64,000 nt of DNA from Alphaproteobacteria bacterium (GCA_015062345.1 SUUV01000005.1:5175-69174); one strand, 5' to 3'. Positions 9,871 through 19,970 are shown, counted from the stretch's first letter. Numbers and translations are program-made. Notes: generated by a model from the sequence alone, not told the origin.

Positions 9871-10140
9871 GTGCTGTCTCCTTTACTATCATACCGGTGC
9901 CCAAGCTTTAGCTTGGAATAGACACCGGTATTTAAGGGAACAATTTAGCTATATTACCACCTGGACTCCGGCATCAAGTGCCGGAGTGACAGTGAGGAGT
10001 CGGACTCCGGTATCTTCGTATCGGAGTGACAGTTAGGAGGTATGTTGCAAAGTATGAGGCTAAAAACAAATATTTTCCGATTTTAAATAAAAGTCATTTT
10101 TCGTCCTGCACTGCGTGTCAGGTCGAAAACGCATCTGATT
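9871..10140. repeat. Structured ~270-bp repeat element, left copy of an inverted pair (partner 45595-45850)
   Basis: Reverse-complement match to 45595-45850 over roughly 250-270 bp with few mismatches. It contains nested hairpins (accggtg[cccaagc-ttta-gcttgg]aatagacaccggt) and two CCGGCATCAAGTGCCGG-AGTGACAGTGAGGAG units. Confidence 0.7.
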
Positions 10141-10228
10141 TTGAAATGCGTTAGCAATGCTTCTGATTATTACTAATTCAAAGTCCCCTTTTTGCATAAA
10201 AGGGGACAGGTCAAAGAGAAATACAATT

Positions 10229-13200
10229 TTATTTTTGTTTTGTTATAGTACCGCCTGAGGATATATCTTCACCGGTTAGCGGTTTTAACAAACCGGAAGA
10301 AACATTATCATCAGTAACCGTCGGCTTCTTATTTTTTCTGTTGGCCGATTTTGGCTTAACGATTGTACCGCTTGGTGCAATTTTCGGACGATAAGAAACG
10401 GTATTGCTGTCAGACTTGGTGTTTGCTGTCGGCTTTTCCAATATAACATTTGGCGCATCAGCCGCATTTACTTCTTCATCTGTCGAATCTGCAACGGTAA
10501 ACTTACTTCTTTTTGCCGGTTGTTCCGTGTTGTCTTTTAAGATTAATAACGGTTTTGAAGCATCTTGTATCGGCGCGGATTTTGGCAAAATTTGAGAAAT
10601 TTCTCCTTCTTCCAAGATAATAATTTTTGAGTCTTGTTTATCATTATCTTTTAGTAAATTTTCATCTTCTTGCTCGTTTTCCTGAGATTCTTCTTTTTCT
10701 TTTTGAGCTGCTTTCAAGGCTTCTTGCTTTTTGATATTTTCATCTTCTTCTTTACGAACAATATCTTTGGCATAATCAAACAAATCTTGCATTGCTTGGT
10801 TAAGAGTTTGCATTTCGGTTTCAATTTTTGCAGATGTCTCTTTGAGCAAATCAAATTGCAATTCCATATGCGAAATGTCTTCTTTAAGTTCAATTTCGTT
10901 TTTGTTGTTTAAGGCCTTATTATGCAAATCGGCAATATCTCTCAATGAGGTTTCAATTTTGTTTTTATAATCGGCCACTTTGGGCTCGTTATCCAAAATA
11001 ACCAGCGAATTAATGTCAATTAATCTTTTAACATATGCGTTTAATGTGTCTTGATAATTAAGACCTTTATTAAGCGAGTTATCATAAGTGTTTTTAACCA
11101 ATGCATAATTTTCATTTGCCAAATTCTTAATGTCAGTAATATGGTGAGCTTCAATTTCTCTTTTCATATTATTAAGTTCAGATTCGAAAACTTCTGTTTT
11201 TGCATTAATTTGCGTTATCTGTTCATCAGCAAACTCTTGCTTAGCCAGATTTTGCATTTTCAACAATTCAGACAACATATCTTCGGCAATTTTTAACGAA
11301 CTGTCAAATTTGTTTTTAGATGCTACATTAGAACTTATTTTCGCATACTTTTTAATATTTGGTAACATTTCTTTTTCAAGATTGTTTTTGAGCTTTTCAA
11401 CCATATCTTGAGCTGAGTTCATTCTGTTATTAAGGTCTTCAATTCGAGCCTTTTCGGCTGCCTCTTGCTCCAGACGAACTTTTTCCCAGTAGGTATCATA
11501 TTTGTCTTTCAATGCAGAGCTGTTAATCACTAAATTCGGATTATTAAGCGAATCTGTCCACTTATACTCAATCGGAACAATTTTCTCTTTTAACTGATTG
11601 TATGTTAAGGCAAAATCTAAATTAACATTCCAATCGGTTAAATCTGCACTTCCTTTTGCGGTAACAATGGCGCGGTTTGAGTCCATATGAGCATTTTTGA
11701 TTGATATATTACCATTTTTGATGTCAAAATCAGCTTTTATATTGTAAAAGTTTGTTTCACCGCTTTGCAAGTTTGTTCTTAACATTTCATACAAACCGTC
11801 AGAGTGAGTTCTGCTTTTAACATCTTTTTCAATTGCATCTAAATCCCAACCCTTAAAGGCAGAATCTGCTATTTCAACAAAGGCTGAGCCGTTCAAACCT
11901 TTCACAAAGTTTTCTTCCGAAGTAACCGGTGCTATAAACTCAACCGTTGCATTTAGCAATCCGTCGGTAAACTCATATTTTTTACCGCCGAAATCGGATA
12001 TGTCGGCATCTTTTATATCAAATTTTGCTTTTATGCTCGGGGTGGCATTTATATCAATAGCAATGTCGGCATTATATTTTGCATTATCTTGTGTTGCCGA
12101 TATGTTTTTGATGTCAATTAAGCCTTGTTTTATGCTGATATCTGCTTTGGTGTTTTCAAAATTATGCCCGTTTATACTGAAATTATCGGCCGAAAATTTG
12201 CCGTCAAGTTCAAAAGTTTTATAAAATCCGTAATCAATTTTGACATTTTCATAAGTCGGTCTTTTCAAAAAGTTTAATGAAGTGTCAATGGTTTTTGATT
12301 TTTTGACTTGCTTAATGTTTAAATTTTCCGGATTGTAAATAAAACGGTTAAATTCAAACTTATTGGCATGCAAATTGGCCATAATTTTAGGAAAATCATT
12401 GATTGTAACCGAAAAATCACCGGCAAAATTGTTTGAACCGATAAAAGCATCAACATTATTTACCGACCAATTGTTATTATTTCCTTTAAGGTCGGCTTTA
12501 AATGTAAATATGTTTGCAGCCATCTGTTGCGGGTTATATTTATATCCGATACGATTAACAAAATCAACAAAATCAGGATATCTGAACTCAATATTGCCTC
12601 GATAATTTACCATTCCGTCCGCATTAAATATTTGTCCCGCATAAACCGAACTTAATTTATCAAGTGTAGTAATGGCTTTGATGTTAATATTATTAATATT
12701 GCCGCTGAAAATTCCTTTTGCATTAATATTTTGAGCGTCGGCAATAAGCTTTACTTTAGGAAGCGGTAAAGAAAATTTTTCAACAAAATCTTTAAACTTG
12801 GCAGTCTTGAAATTGTATTTTATGTTTTTAAAGTGTGGCATATCGGCGATATTATCCACATTGCCCGATAAGGACAAAACAGAATTGTTGATATTTTCAA
12901 TATTAAATTTTTCTATTTTAATATTTTCTTCGTCGGTAGTAAATTTTAAGGCAGATTTTTCAAATGCGATGCCGTTATAAACACCTAAATCTAAACTTGT
13001 ATTTACATTAAAATCAAAATTGTTCAAAAATTTAAACTTGTTTAATACCAATTTAAGTCTTTCGTTAAACGGAAGTTTCTTCTCATCTTCGTTTAAGTGC
13101 GGTATATAATTATCAAAGTTAATGCTATCGGCTTTTAACGATATAAACACATTGTTTCTTTTATCTCTTGCAATTCCGATTAAACCTTCAATCGAGGTTT

Positions 13201-14629
13201 TATCCATTTTAAAATCAATCGGAGCAATTTTGACTTGTTTTAAGTTTCCTTCCATAACAAAGTTTGCTGAAGCATTGCGATAAGTAGATTGAGCGTATGT
13301 GTCGGGTTTTAATTTTATATGATCTAAAAACTTTAGAAAATCTTGGCTGAGCATATTAACATTGAAACGATAGGATAACATTTTTTCATTTTCAAAAATA
13401 TCACCATTAACATTTATATCGGTGTCGCCCGAAAACAATCCGGACAGAGCCTTAATGGTGAAAACATCGTTTATTAAATCGGCACTGAAGTTAAAATTGC
13501 GCACAGGTTGATTGTTAAAAGTTGCTTTTACGGCCTTAATGTCGGTAATTAGGTCAAAATCATAATATGGTGCATATTCGGCATTATCAGCGTCAAGCTT
13601 TTTAAGTTGTTCCTTTATAATTCCGATGATGGGCATTAAATCTAAATCGGTCATTTCAAAAAAGGCTTCTATTTTTCTTTTTTCTTCATTCGGATTTGGC
13701 TTTAACGGAATTAAAACATTTCCGGCACCGGCGGTGTTATCGCCATATTTAATGATAAAGCTTGATAAATCAATTTGTCTTTCGTTGGTAATCAGCTCAA
13801 TGGACGAGGCTAAAGGATAATTAAATTCTGCGGGCAATATAACCTGATTGGTTAAACTGTTGATAAAATCAGACGGTTTTTTCGATTCTACTATAAAATT
13901 ACCCTTAATTTCTTTGTTGCTTGAAAGCATGGAGCCGTCAAAACGAGCATAACTTTCGGTTGTAGGATGTGTTAACACCAAGTTTAACGATGTGGCAAAA
14001 CTTTCCGACAATGTACCCAAGTTTAAGGCAAATCCGGCCGGATTGCCGTCTTTTATAAAGTTACCGTCAATTCGATACGGACCGAACAAACTTTCGGCAG
14101 TAACTTCGGCATTTAAGTTCTGTAAAGTAATGTCAAGACCTAAACCATCGTTTAATATTTCAACGGAAGCATTTTTTAACAAAACACTGTTTAAGGCTAC
14201 ATCAACGGTATCAAGTTTGTCTTTTTGAAAATCACTGATTTTTGAATACCAGTTTATTTTACCGTCAGAAAGAAAAGCGATTAAAATTTTGGCATCAAGC
14301 AAAGTCATATTTTCAATGACAAAATTACCCTTAATTAAAGGAACTAAAGCAAGGTCTGTAACCATCTCATCAATAACGGCAAGAGGTTTGTCAGAGCTTT
14401 CACCGGAGTTGTTATAAATTTTTATATCTTTTGCCGACAAGTACGGTGACGGTAAAAACGAAAGTGATACCGGCCCTTCAAAGACAATTTTTTTGCCCGA
14501 TATTTCTTCAAATTGCTCGGCAATTTTACTTTTATGCAAATTCCAGTCAATGGTAGATACATACACCGATAAACCGCCAAATGCCAATGCTACAACGAGT
14601 ACCAAAATGAAGAATATTTTTTTAATCAC
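10229..14629 (-). CDS. AsmA-family giant envelope protein (1466 aa) with C-terminal coiled-coil and low-complexity tail
   Basis: N-terminal TM helix plus AsmA-like start (IFFILVLVVALAFGGLSVYVSTIDWNL...). Long beta-rich middle. Acidic coiled-coil (KEKEESQENEQEDENLL) and a Ser/Thr/Pro/Lys-rich C-terminus. Confidence 0.6.
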   Translation of the reverse strand: MIKKIFFILVLVVALAFGGLSVYVSTIDWNLHKSKIAEQFEEISGKKIVFEGPVSLSFLPSPYLSAKDIKIYNNSGESSDKPLAVIDEMVTDLALVPLIKGNFVIENMTLLDAKILIAFLSDGKINWYSKISDFQKDKLDTVDVALNSVLLKNASVEILNDGLGLDITLQNLNAEVTAESLFGPYRIDGNFIKDGNPAGFALNLGTLSESFATSLNLVLTHPTTESYARFDGSMLSSNKEIKGNFIVESKKPSDFINSLTNQVILPAEFNYPLASSIELITNERQIDLSSFIIKYGDNTAGAGNVLIPLKPNPNEEKRKIEAFFEMTDLDLMPIIGIIKEQLKKLDADNAEYAPYYDFDLITDIKAVKATFNNQPVRNFNFSADLINDVFTIKALSGLFSGDTDINVNGDIFENEKMLSYRFNVNMLSQDFLKFLDHIKLKPDTYAQSTYRNASANFVMEGNLKQVKIAPIDFKMDKTSIEGLIGIARDKRNNVFISLKADSINFDNYIPHLNEDEKKLPFNERLKLVLNKFKFLNNFDFNVNTSLDLGVYNGIAFEKSALKFTTDEENIKIEKFNIENINNSVLSLSGNVDNIADMPHFKNIKYNFKTAKFKDFVEKFSLPLPKVKLIADAQNINAKGIFSGNINNINIKAITTLDKLSSVYAGQIFNADGMVNYRGNIEFRYPDFVDFVNRIGYKYNPQQMAANIFTFKADLKGNNNNWSVNNVDAFIGSNNFAGDFSVTINDFPKIMANLHANKFEFNRFIYNPENLNIKQVKKSKTIDTSLNFLKRPTYENVKIDYGFYKTFELDGKFSADNFSINGHNFENTKADISIKQGLIDIKNISATQDNAKYNADIAIDINATPSIKAKFDIKDADISDFGGKKYEFTDGLLNATVEFIAPVTSEENFVKGLNGSAFVEIADSAFKGWDLDAIEKDVKSRTHSDGLYEMLRTNLQSGETNFYNIKADFDIKNGNISIKNAHMDSNRAIVTAKGSADLTDWNVNLDFALTYNQLKEKIVPIEYKWTDSLNNPNLVINSSALKDKYDTYWEKVRLEQEAAEKARIEDLNNRMNSAQDMVEKLKNNLEKEMLPNIKKYAKISSNVASKNKFDSSLKIAEDMLSELLKMQNLAKQEFADEQITQINAKTEVFESELNNMKREIEAHHITDIKNLANENYALVKNTYDNSLNKGLNYQDTLNAYVKRLIDINSLVILDNEPKVADYKNKIETSLRDIADLHNKALNNKNEIELKEDISHMELQFDLLKETSAKIETEMQTLNQAMQDLFDYAKDIVRKEEDENIKKQEALKAAQKEKEESQENEQEDENLLKDNDKQDSKIIILEEGEISQILPKSAPIQDASKPLLILKDNTEQPAKRSKFTVADSTDEEVNAADAPNVILEKPTANTKSDSNTVSYRPKIAPSGTIVKPKSANRKNKKPTVTDDNVSSGLLKPLTGEDISSGGTITKQK

Positions 14630-14733
14630 CTTTAAATCTCCTGTTATAAATGCAAAAAGTCTTTGCCAAACATAAATATACTGTATAGAATATTAAACAT
14701 AAATCAACTGTTTTTTAACAAAGGACACAGGAA

Positions 14734-15135
14734 ATGTCAGATTTAATTTCACTTTTTAACAAGGCGCTTCAAATCAGGCAAAATGCCTATGCGCCATATT
14801 CAAAATTTTGTGTCGGAGCAGCCGTTCTTTCGTCAAATGATAATGTATATTCAGGTTGTAATGTGGAAAATGTTTCTTATCCTAACGGAACTTGTGCAGA
14901 AACCGGCGCAATTGCCGCCATGGTTGCAGGTGGTGATGTTTTGATAAAAGACATTGTTGTAGTTGCCGATTCTAAAGTTTTAATAAAACCTTGCGGAGCT
15001 TGTCTGCAAAGGATTTTTGAATTTGCCGATAATAACACCAAAGTTCATCTTGCCGATTTGGAAGGCATTAAAAAAACCTACCTGATTTCGGAGCTTTTAC
15101 CGCTTGCCTTTAATGAGGAGGAGTTAAAACAATGA
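14734..15135 (+). CDS. cdd: Cytidine deaminase
   Basis: 133 aa. Zinc-binding motifs CAETGAI and PCGACLQ. Confidence 0.85.
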   Translation: MSDLISLFNKALQIRQNAYAPYSKFCVGAAVLSSNDNVYSGCNVENVSYPNGTCAETGAIAAMVAGGDVLIKDIVVVADSKVLIKPCGACLQRIFEFADNNTKVHLADLEGIKKTYLISELLPLAFNEEELKQ

Positions 15136-15932
15136 TACAAACATATGCTGAAAATATATTAAACGAACTCAAAGGCAAAAAACCTGAAGTTTTGATGATT
15201 TTGGGCTCAGGTTTAGGCTCTCTTGCCAATCAAATTGAAGATAAAACGGTTATTCCGTATGAAAAAATCGGCTTTCCGAAAAGCGGTGTTTCGGGGCATG
15301 CCGGATGTTTGGTTGTCGGCAAAATGGGAAAACATGAAGTTGTTTGTATGCAAGGGCGCTTTCATCTTTATGAAGGGCATAATCCGGAGCTGATTAAAAA
15401 TGTGATGTGTGCATTTAAAACCATCGGGGTTAAAACATTGATAGTAACCAATGCCGCCGGCTCATTAAATGCGGATATGCCGGCAGGAAGTCTGATGCTT
15501 ATCAATGACCACATAAATTTTAGCGGTAAAAATCCTTTGCTCGGCGCCAATGATGAAAAATACGGCCCTCGTTTTGTTGATTTAAGTTCTGTTTATGATT
15601 CTGATTTGCAAAACAAATTAAAAAATATTGCTTTGCAAAAAGGCATCAAACTGTATGAAGGTGTATATCTTATGGTTTTAGGCCCGAATTTTGAAACCGC
15701 CGCCGAAATCAGAGCATTTAAAATTTTGGGTGCCGATGCGGTCGGAATGTCAACCGTTCCGGAAGTTATGTCGGCAGTTTATACCGGTATGAAAGTTTTG
15801 GGCGTTTCGGTAATTACCAATTTGGGAACAGGGTTAAAAACCTCTGTACAAAGTCATGCCGAAACTTTAGAACAAGCTCAAAAAGCTACGCAAAAACTTT
15901 CGGATTTATTAAAAGCATATATGGAGGAATGA
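15132..15932 (+). CDS. punA: Purine nucleoside phosphorylase (PNP family I, trimeric type)
   Basis: 266 aa, with an N-terminal Gly-rich motif (MILGSGLGSL) and ...GHAGCLVVG...HLYEG. Overlaps the cdd stop in an ATGA arrangement, so operonic. Confidence 0.8.
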   Translation: MIQTYAENILNELKGKKPEVLMILGSGLGSLANQIEDKTVIPYEKIGFPKSGVSGHAGCLVVGKMGKHEVVCMQGRFHLYEGHNPELIKNVMCAFKTIGVKTLIVTNAAGSLNADMPAGSLMLINDHINFSGKNPLLGANDEKYGPRFVDLSSVYDSDLQNKLKNIALQKGIKLYEGVYLMVLGPNFETAAEIRAFKILGADAVGMSTVPEVMSAVYTGMKVLGVSVITNLGTGLKTSVQSHAETLEQAQKATQKLSDLLKAYMEE

Positions 15933-15933
15933 T

Positions 15934-17238
15934 ATGTTTCCGCAGGAGATAATCAGAAAAAAAAGAAACGGTGAAAAGCTTTCATCTCAAGAGATTAGTT
16001 TTTTTGTAAAAGGCATAACCGACGGCTCAATTGCCGATGCGCAAACCGCAGCACTAACCATGGCCATCTTCTTAAACGGCTTTAGCAAAGAAGAAACGGT
16101 TGATTTAACCCTGTCTATGCGCGATTCGGGAGATGTTTTGAATTGGGATTTAAATGGCCCCGTAATTGACAAGCATTCAAGCGGTGGAGTGGGGGACAAA
16201 GTAAGCCTTATGTTAGCTCCCGTTTTAGCCGCTTGCGGTGGTTTTGTGCCTATGATTTCCGGTCGTGGATTGGGACACACCGGAGGAACGCTTGATAAGT
16301 TTGATTCCATTAAAGGATATAACACTTTGCCCTCCAATGAATTATTTGTAAAAACGGTTAAAGAGGTTGGTTGTGCCATCATCGGACAAACCGGCAATTT
16401 GGCACCGGCAGATAAAAAAATTTATGCCATCAGAGATGTTTGCGCCACCGTTGAGTCGATAAACCTGATAACCGCCTCAATTTTATCGAAAAAGCTTGCT
16501 GCCGGCCTTGACCATTTGGTTATGGATCTAAAATGCGGGAACGGAGCATTTATGGATAATATTGACAATGCCAAAGCACTAGCTCGTTCAATTGTTGATG
16601 TTGCAAACGGAGCCGGAACAAAAACAACGGCTCTTGTGACCAATATGAGCGAAGTTTTGGGCTTTACGGTGGGCAATGCTTTAGAGGTTAAGGAAGCAGT
16701 TGATTATTTGAAAAATCAAAATGTAAACACTCGTTTGGATATTGTAACCAAAGAACTTTGTGCCGAGCTTTTGGTATCTTGCGGATTGTATAAAACCAAA
16801 GATGATGCAAACACCAAAATTTGTAAGGTTTTATCAAGCGGAGAGGCTTTGGAAAAGTTTGCTAGAATGGTTTATATGCTTGGCGGTCCGATAGATTTTG
16901 TTGAAAAACCCGAAGCATATATGCCAAAAGCTCACATTGTAAGACCTGTATTTGCCGATAAACAAGGTTATGTTGCATCTATGCATACAAGAGATATCGG
17001 AATGCTTATCGTGGGCTTAAAAGGAGGTCGTGTGCATCCTGAACAACAGCTTGATTATGCAACCGGATTTAGTGGTTTTTGCCAAGTCGGAGATTATGTT
17101 GATGAAAAAACACCGCTTGCATATATTCATGCTCAAACGGAGGATGATTATCAAAAAACCGCTGATGAACTTAAAAAATTGATTGCGGTTGAAAAAACCT
17201 TTGAGTCTAAACCGGTAATATTAGATTTAGTTAAATAA
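15934..17238 (+). CDS. deoA: Thymidine / pyrimidine-nucleoside phosphorylase
   Basis: 434 aa. Glycosyltransferase family 3 fold: DKHSSGGVGDKVSL and GRGLGHTGGTLDKF motifs. Confidence 0.85.
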   Translation: MFPQEIIRKKRNGEKLSSQEISFFVKGITDGSIADAQTAALTMAIFLNGFSKEETVDLTLSMRDSGDVLNWDLNGPVIDKHSSGGVGDKVSLMLAPVLAACGGFVPMISGRGLGHTGGTLDKFDSIKGYNTLPSNELFVKTVKEVGCAIIGQTGNLAPADKKIYAIRDVCATVESINLITASILSKKLAAGLDHLVMDLKCGNGAFMDNIDNAKALARSIVDVANGAGTKTTALVTNMSEVLGFTVGNALEVKEAVDYLKNQNVNTRLDIVTKELCAELLVSCGLYKTKDDANTKICKVLSSGEALEKFARMVYMLGGPIDFVEKPEAYMPKAHIVRPVFADKQGYVASMHTRDIGMLIVGLKGGRVHPEQQLDYATGFSGFCQVGDYVDEKTPLAYIHAQTEDDYQKTADELKKLIAVEKTFESKPVILDLVK

Positions 17239-17239
17239 T

Positions 17240-17695
17240 CTAATATGTGTATGTGATGGTAAACGAGCCGGTATAAATGCCGGCTTGCACTTTTTCGGGA
17301 ATATCTAATGTGCCGTTGATTTGTGCGTTGTCGGCTGAAATTTCGGATAAAGTAAGAGATGTTTCTCCGGTTTCATTTTTTAAAATCACCGTTTGCGGAA
17401 ACTTAATCGATTGTGCACTTGAAGTATCGGATATATTTTCGCATAGTGAATTTTTGTAACCGTTTACCGATACAATATCCGGATTGTCATAATCGGCATT
17501 GCCGTTTGTAAGTCTGATGGAAGCTTTAGAGTTATTTTCTTTTAGGGTGATGGTGCCAAAATCAAGCTCATTACATTCAAACCGATTGGCAAAGACAATG
17601 GTTGCTTTTACTTTTATCTCGGCATACGATTTTATTTTTGCGTTTACCGAATCTGCCAGCAATATTAAAAAAAGTGCCCAAAAAAATGTCTTCAT
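17240..17695 (-). CDS. Divergent SCPU-like family member (paralog 4)
   Basis: Signal MKTFFWALFLILLADSVNA; CNELDFGTITLKEN; C-terminal IYTGSFTITYTY. The upstream region is only partly similar to the family cassette and its homopolymer is A6. Confidence 0.5.
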   Translation of the reverse strand: MKTFFWALFLILLADSVNAKIKSYAEIKVKATIVFANRFECNELDFGTITLKENNSKASIRLTNGNADYDNPDIVSVNGYKNSLCENISDTSSAQSIKFPQTVILKNETGETSLTLSEISADNAQINGTLDIPEKVQAGIYTGSFTITYTY

Positions 17696-17869
17696 AAATT
17701 ACCTGCCATAAATGTGTTTAAGATGCAAACATATTTAATGACAGGTAACTTGTTTTAAAGTATCGGTTTATATACCAAATGGAATAGGTTGAAAACGAAA
17801 AAACTTACTTTTAACATCGTATTATAAAATGTTTTTTAAGTAAAAAGAATCTGTTTACATATTTAAATC

Positions 17870-17905
17870 AAAAAATAGATATCCCCAGTAGACTGGGGAT
17901 ATCTA
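17870..17905 (-). terminator. Rho-independent terminator after the small membrane-protein gene
   Basis: Perfect hairpin agatatcccc-agtagac-ggggatatct, followed on the minus strand by TTTTTTGATTT. Confidence 0.6.
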
Positions 17906-17920
17906 TAACATTCTTATTTG

Positions 17921-18139
17921 TTAATTATTATCTTTTATGGCATCTGCGCCATCTTCAATAGTTTCTTTTGTGGCTTGATATCCGTCTTTTATAATATTTT
18001 TAGTACCTTGTGTAACATCTGATGCAACTTCACCGACAGTAGAATCTTTGTTAATTGTACCTTCATAAAAGCCGACACCTAAAAGGTATATTACAATTAT
18101 CACAAAGATATAAAACAAATATTTCAACAATGTTCCCAT
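17921..18139 (-). CDS. Small membrane protein (72 aa), unknown function
   Basis: AAGGAG lies 8 nt upstream of the ATG. One TM helix then a hydrophilic tail; a strong terminator follows. Confidence 0.5.
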   Translation of the reverse strand: MGTLLKYLFYIFVIIVIYLLGVGFYEGTINKDSTVGEVASDVTQGTKNIIKDGYQATKETIEDGADAIKDNN

Positions 18140-18218
18140 TTGATAACTCCTTTTTATAAAAAAACTTCCTTAAATGAAATAATCAAATAAAGGAAGTTTT
18201 CAAGAAGTTGAATTTGTT

Positions 18219-18713
18219 TTAATTAATATTTTCGTGTTCATATACTCCGAACAATATTTTTTTAGGCACCCAACCTTCAACAGAATCAAATTTTATCAGG
18301 CAAAAATCATTGTTTTTGGTGCACTTAACCACTTCACCGACGACACCGTCTTCAACTTTTGCAATTATGTCAGAATGATAACTGTTACTGTTATATATGT
18401 TATTTTCGCCCAAAGTTATAACTTTAACAAACCTCTTGCCGGTAAGCATGGTTTTATGCACCCAAGAAACTGAGCCTTCCCAATCTTTTATTTCGCGCCA
18501 TCCGTCATATTCGCTGATAATTTCAACCGGTGCGCCTTTTTGTTGATATACCCATTCAATGGGATATTTTTTTCCCGGTCCCGAACGCACATTTACCGGT
18601 TCTGTTCTAAATGATACCATACGAGGTAAATTAAATCCGCTTTCACCTTCATTGGCTAATGCTGAACAAATCGGTAAAAAAGCAGCAATTATTGTTAAAA
18701 ATAATGCTTTCAT
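18219..18713 (-). CDS. Secreted SH3b-domain protein (probable start at MKALFL)
   Basis: Signal peptide followed by two segments reading like bacterial SH3 domains (VNVRSGPGKKYPIEWVY...GWREI; VKCTKNNDFCLIKFDSVEGWVPKKIL). Confidence 0.55.
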   Translation of the reverse strand: MKALFLTIIAAFLPICSALANEGESGFNLPRMVSFRTEPVNVRSGPGKKYPIEWVYQQKGAPVEIISEYDGWREIKDWEGSVSWVHKTMLTGKRFVKVITLGENNIYNSNSYHSDIIAKVEDGVVGEVVKCTKNNDFCLIKFDSVEGWVPKKILFGVYEHENIN

Positions 18714-18790
18714 ATTGAGTATCCTTTTTTGCACTGTTATATTTACTAACAACAAGACTACATTAATATAATAAAAAAAAGGTAAAAATT

Positions 18791-19903
18791 ATGAATTTAA
18801 TTGAAACAATTACCGATTTAATCGGTTTTAAAAGTGTGACGGGCAACAGCTCCGAAATTGATAATTGCTTACATTATATCTATGATAAAGCGACCAAATT
18901 CGGTGCTGATGTGAATATATATCGGTTTGAAGATGCTTCTCCGGTAATTATGGCAACAAATACTTATGCTCAAAATTTTGATGTGTTGATATTAGGGCAT
19001 ATTGATGTTGTTCCGGCAGATGAAAATATGTTCAAACCGATTATTAAAGAAAACAAAATGTTCGGCAGGGGAACTTTAGATATGAAATCTTTTGCCGCCG
19101 TTGCCTTAAACTCTTTAGAATATGTAATAAAAAACAAGTTGGATTTAAAATTCGGTTTTGTGCTTTCAACCGATGAAGAAACCGGAAGTAAAAGCACTAA
19201 GGCATTTTTAGAAAAATTCCCCAATATCAGTGCAAAAATTGTTTTAGATAACGATGTCGGAGGGGATATCACAAAAATTGTGGCAAGATGTAAAAATCCG
19301 GTATTTGTTAAGCTAATATCCAAAGGCAAAGCTGCCCACGGTTCAACACCGTGGAATGGTATTGATGCCAATGAAAATTTGTTTCAAACTTGGCAAAATA
19401 TCAGAAAATTTTATCCTTATTATTCAATCGATACCAATGAACCGACTGATAAATGGATAGATACCGTTCATTTTGCAACAATTAACGGAGGAGGCGTTTC
19501 TAATATAATTGCCGATTCGGCCTGCGCACTTTTAGATTTTCGTTTAACCGAAAATTCGAGTGTGGACAATTTATGCATTACATTAGATAAATGCATGGAA
19601 AATCAAGTCGGTTATGAAATTGTCTCAGCTTCAACACCGGTAGTTATGGATGAAAACAACAAATATATCAGAGCTTATAAAGAATATGCTCAAAGCATAT
19701 TAGGTAAAACAATTGATTTTGAATATATCGGCGGGGCAACCGACTCGAGAGAATTTGCGCAAAAAGGCTCAATTGTGATTATGCATTCGGGCACGGGAGA
19801 CGGTATGCACGCAAATAACGAATATGTTGATCTTACATCTGTTGAACAAATTGCTAAAATACAAATCGGCTTTTTGGAGAAACTTGCAAATCAGAAAATT
19901 TAA
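18791..19903 (+). CDS. M20-family metallopeptidase/deacylase (ArgE/DapE-like)
   Basis: GHIDVVPA metal-binding motif, GRGTLDMK, and a dimerisation-domain-like middle region. Confidence 0.75.
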   Translation: MNLIETITDLIGFKSVTGNSSEIDNCLHYIYDKATKFGADVNIYRFEDASPVIMATNTYAQNFDVLILGHIDVVPADENMFKPIIKENKMFGRGTLDMKSFAAVALNSLEYVIKNKLDLKFGFVLSTDEETGSKSTKAFLEKFPNISAKIVLDNDVGGDITKIVARCKNPVFVKLISKGKAAHGSTPWNGIDANENLFQTWQNIRKFYPYYSIDTNEPTDKWIDTVHFATINGGGVSNIIADSACALLDFRLTENSSVDNLCITLDKCMENQVGYEIVSASTPVVMDENNKYIRAYKEYAQSILGKTIDFEYIGGATDSREFAQKGSIVIMHSGTGDGMHANNEYVDLTSVEQIAKIQIGFLEKLANQKI

Positions 19904-19970
19904 ATATTACTTGCCAAATTTGTAAAGCAAGTATACAATAAAGTACAGATTTTAATAAGGAGAACTATAA

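Noticed and set aside
9871-10140. Possibility that the structured repeat is a CRISPR array or an IS terminal repeat
   Set aside because: Only two internal ~36-bp units are present, with no regular repeat-spacer periodicity. No cas genes, transposase or terminal inverted repeats are adjacent. It is better described as a structured repeat element of unknown function.
10285-14675. A dozen 60-90-aa ORFs on the plus strand inside the AsmA-like gene (e.g. the Phe-rich 10670-10912)
   Set aside because: These are antisense shadows of a long AT-rich coding region. Their Phe/Leu-rich translations reflect A/T-rich antisense codons, not genes.
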